A stretch of DNA of 64,000 nt from a virus. The DNA is taken from IMG/VR virus record IMGVR_UViG_3300032053_000002, positions 108,752-172,751 of that record; one strand, 5' to 3'. Made by a program: the position numbers and the translations under genes. Shown piece after piece: positions 63,804 through 64,000 of this stretch (the first letter of the stretch is position 1; each line of letters begins with the position of its first letter). The notes under the pieces are model-generated. The model saw only the letters and a list, made by a program, of their open reading frames with translations. It was not told where the DNA came from and made no database searches.

Positions 63804-64000
63804 TTAATAATGTTGATATAAAATCATTTCTATTATATGCAAATTCAAATGCTGGAAATATCTGTTCAGCTGAATTTAATATTACTATATTAATTTCGTT
63901 TAACATATGTACGAACGCGGAAGTATGATTCTGGGTATGTTGAACTCCGGCGTCTAACGGTGTTTTCGACCCGACCGAAGTTCGTATAATAACTCTTGGC
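63772..64000 (-). CDS. partial CDS (C-terminal ~75 aa; gene continues beyond window end)
   Basis: Open frame ...RVIIRTSVGSKTPLDAGVQHTQNHTSAFVHMLNEINIVILNSAEQIFPAFEFAYNRNDFISTLLIEYGECYATK ending TAA at 63772-63774, overlapping the next gene start. Confidence 0.4.
   Translation of the reverse strand, partial: PRVIIRTSVGSKTPLDAGVQHTQNHTSAFVHMLNEINIVILNSAEQIFPAFEFAYNRNDFISTLLIEYGECYATK

Noticed and set aside
36154-64000. Eukaryotic giant-virus origin for the glycosylation module
   Set aside because: Genes have Shine-Dalgarno-spaced starts, overlapping stop/start coupling and bacterial-type tRNAs and promoters elsewhere in the window. This is consistent with a bacteriophage.

Overview
This window is an AT-rich, gene-dense stretch with bacterial-type signals (Shine-Dalgarno-spaced starts, sigma70-like promoters, rho-independent terminators, bacterial tRNAs). 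It reads as part of a large tailed-phage (jumbo-phage-like) genome transcribed almost entirely on the minus strand. Nothing here was run through a database or an RNA-folding program, so all calls are by eye from the sequence.

The window falls into two halves.

Positions 1-35300 look like an early or host-takeover region:
- A tRNA cluster holds all four tRNA-Ser isoacceptors (anticodons GGA, CGA, TGA, GCT) plus tRNA-His. Three further atypical tRNA-like elements lie elsewhere in the window.
- A hybrid PAS histidine kinase-receiver gene sits next to the tRNA cluster.
- A CobT-like vWA protein and a CobS-like AAA+ ATPase are adjacent, as is common in large phages. A ClpS-like adaptor, SprT-like and ImmA-like metallopeptidases, and an SPFH protein are also present.
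- About 16 short genes form one paralogous superfamily, arranged in tandem arrays. They share a CxxFYIWxRL core and a C-terminal LNxIYKKY-like motif. One member is broken by a frameshift at an A8 run.
- A single promoter architecture recurs at least 14 times: a CRP-like TGTGA-N6-TCACA palindrome, an AT-rich UP-like block, then TTGACT-N17-TATATT.
- Several ORF-free islands carry iteron-like tandem repeats, and one GC-rich island with its own promoter and terminator looks like a roughly 350-nt ncRNA gene.

Positions 36150-64000 are one long minus-strand module, without the recurring promoter, for nucleotide-sugar and glycan synthesis:
- GDP-mannose 4,6-dehydratase, a DegT-type aminotransferase and three GDP-fucose-synthase-like enzymes.
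- Four more NAD-dependent epimerase/dehydratases, a carbamoyltransferase and a B12-binding radical SAM enzyme.
- Several SAM methyltransferases and GT2 glycosyltransferases.
- An HNH endonuclease and a NUMOD3-repeat protein that look like homing-endonuclease insertions.
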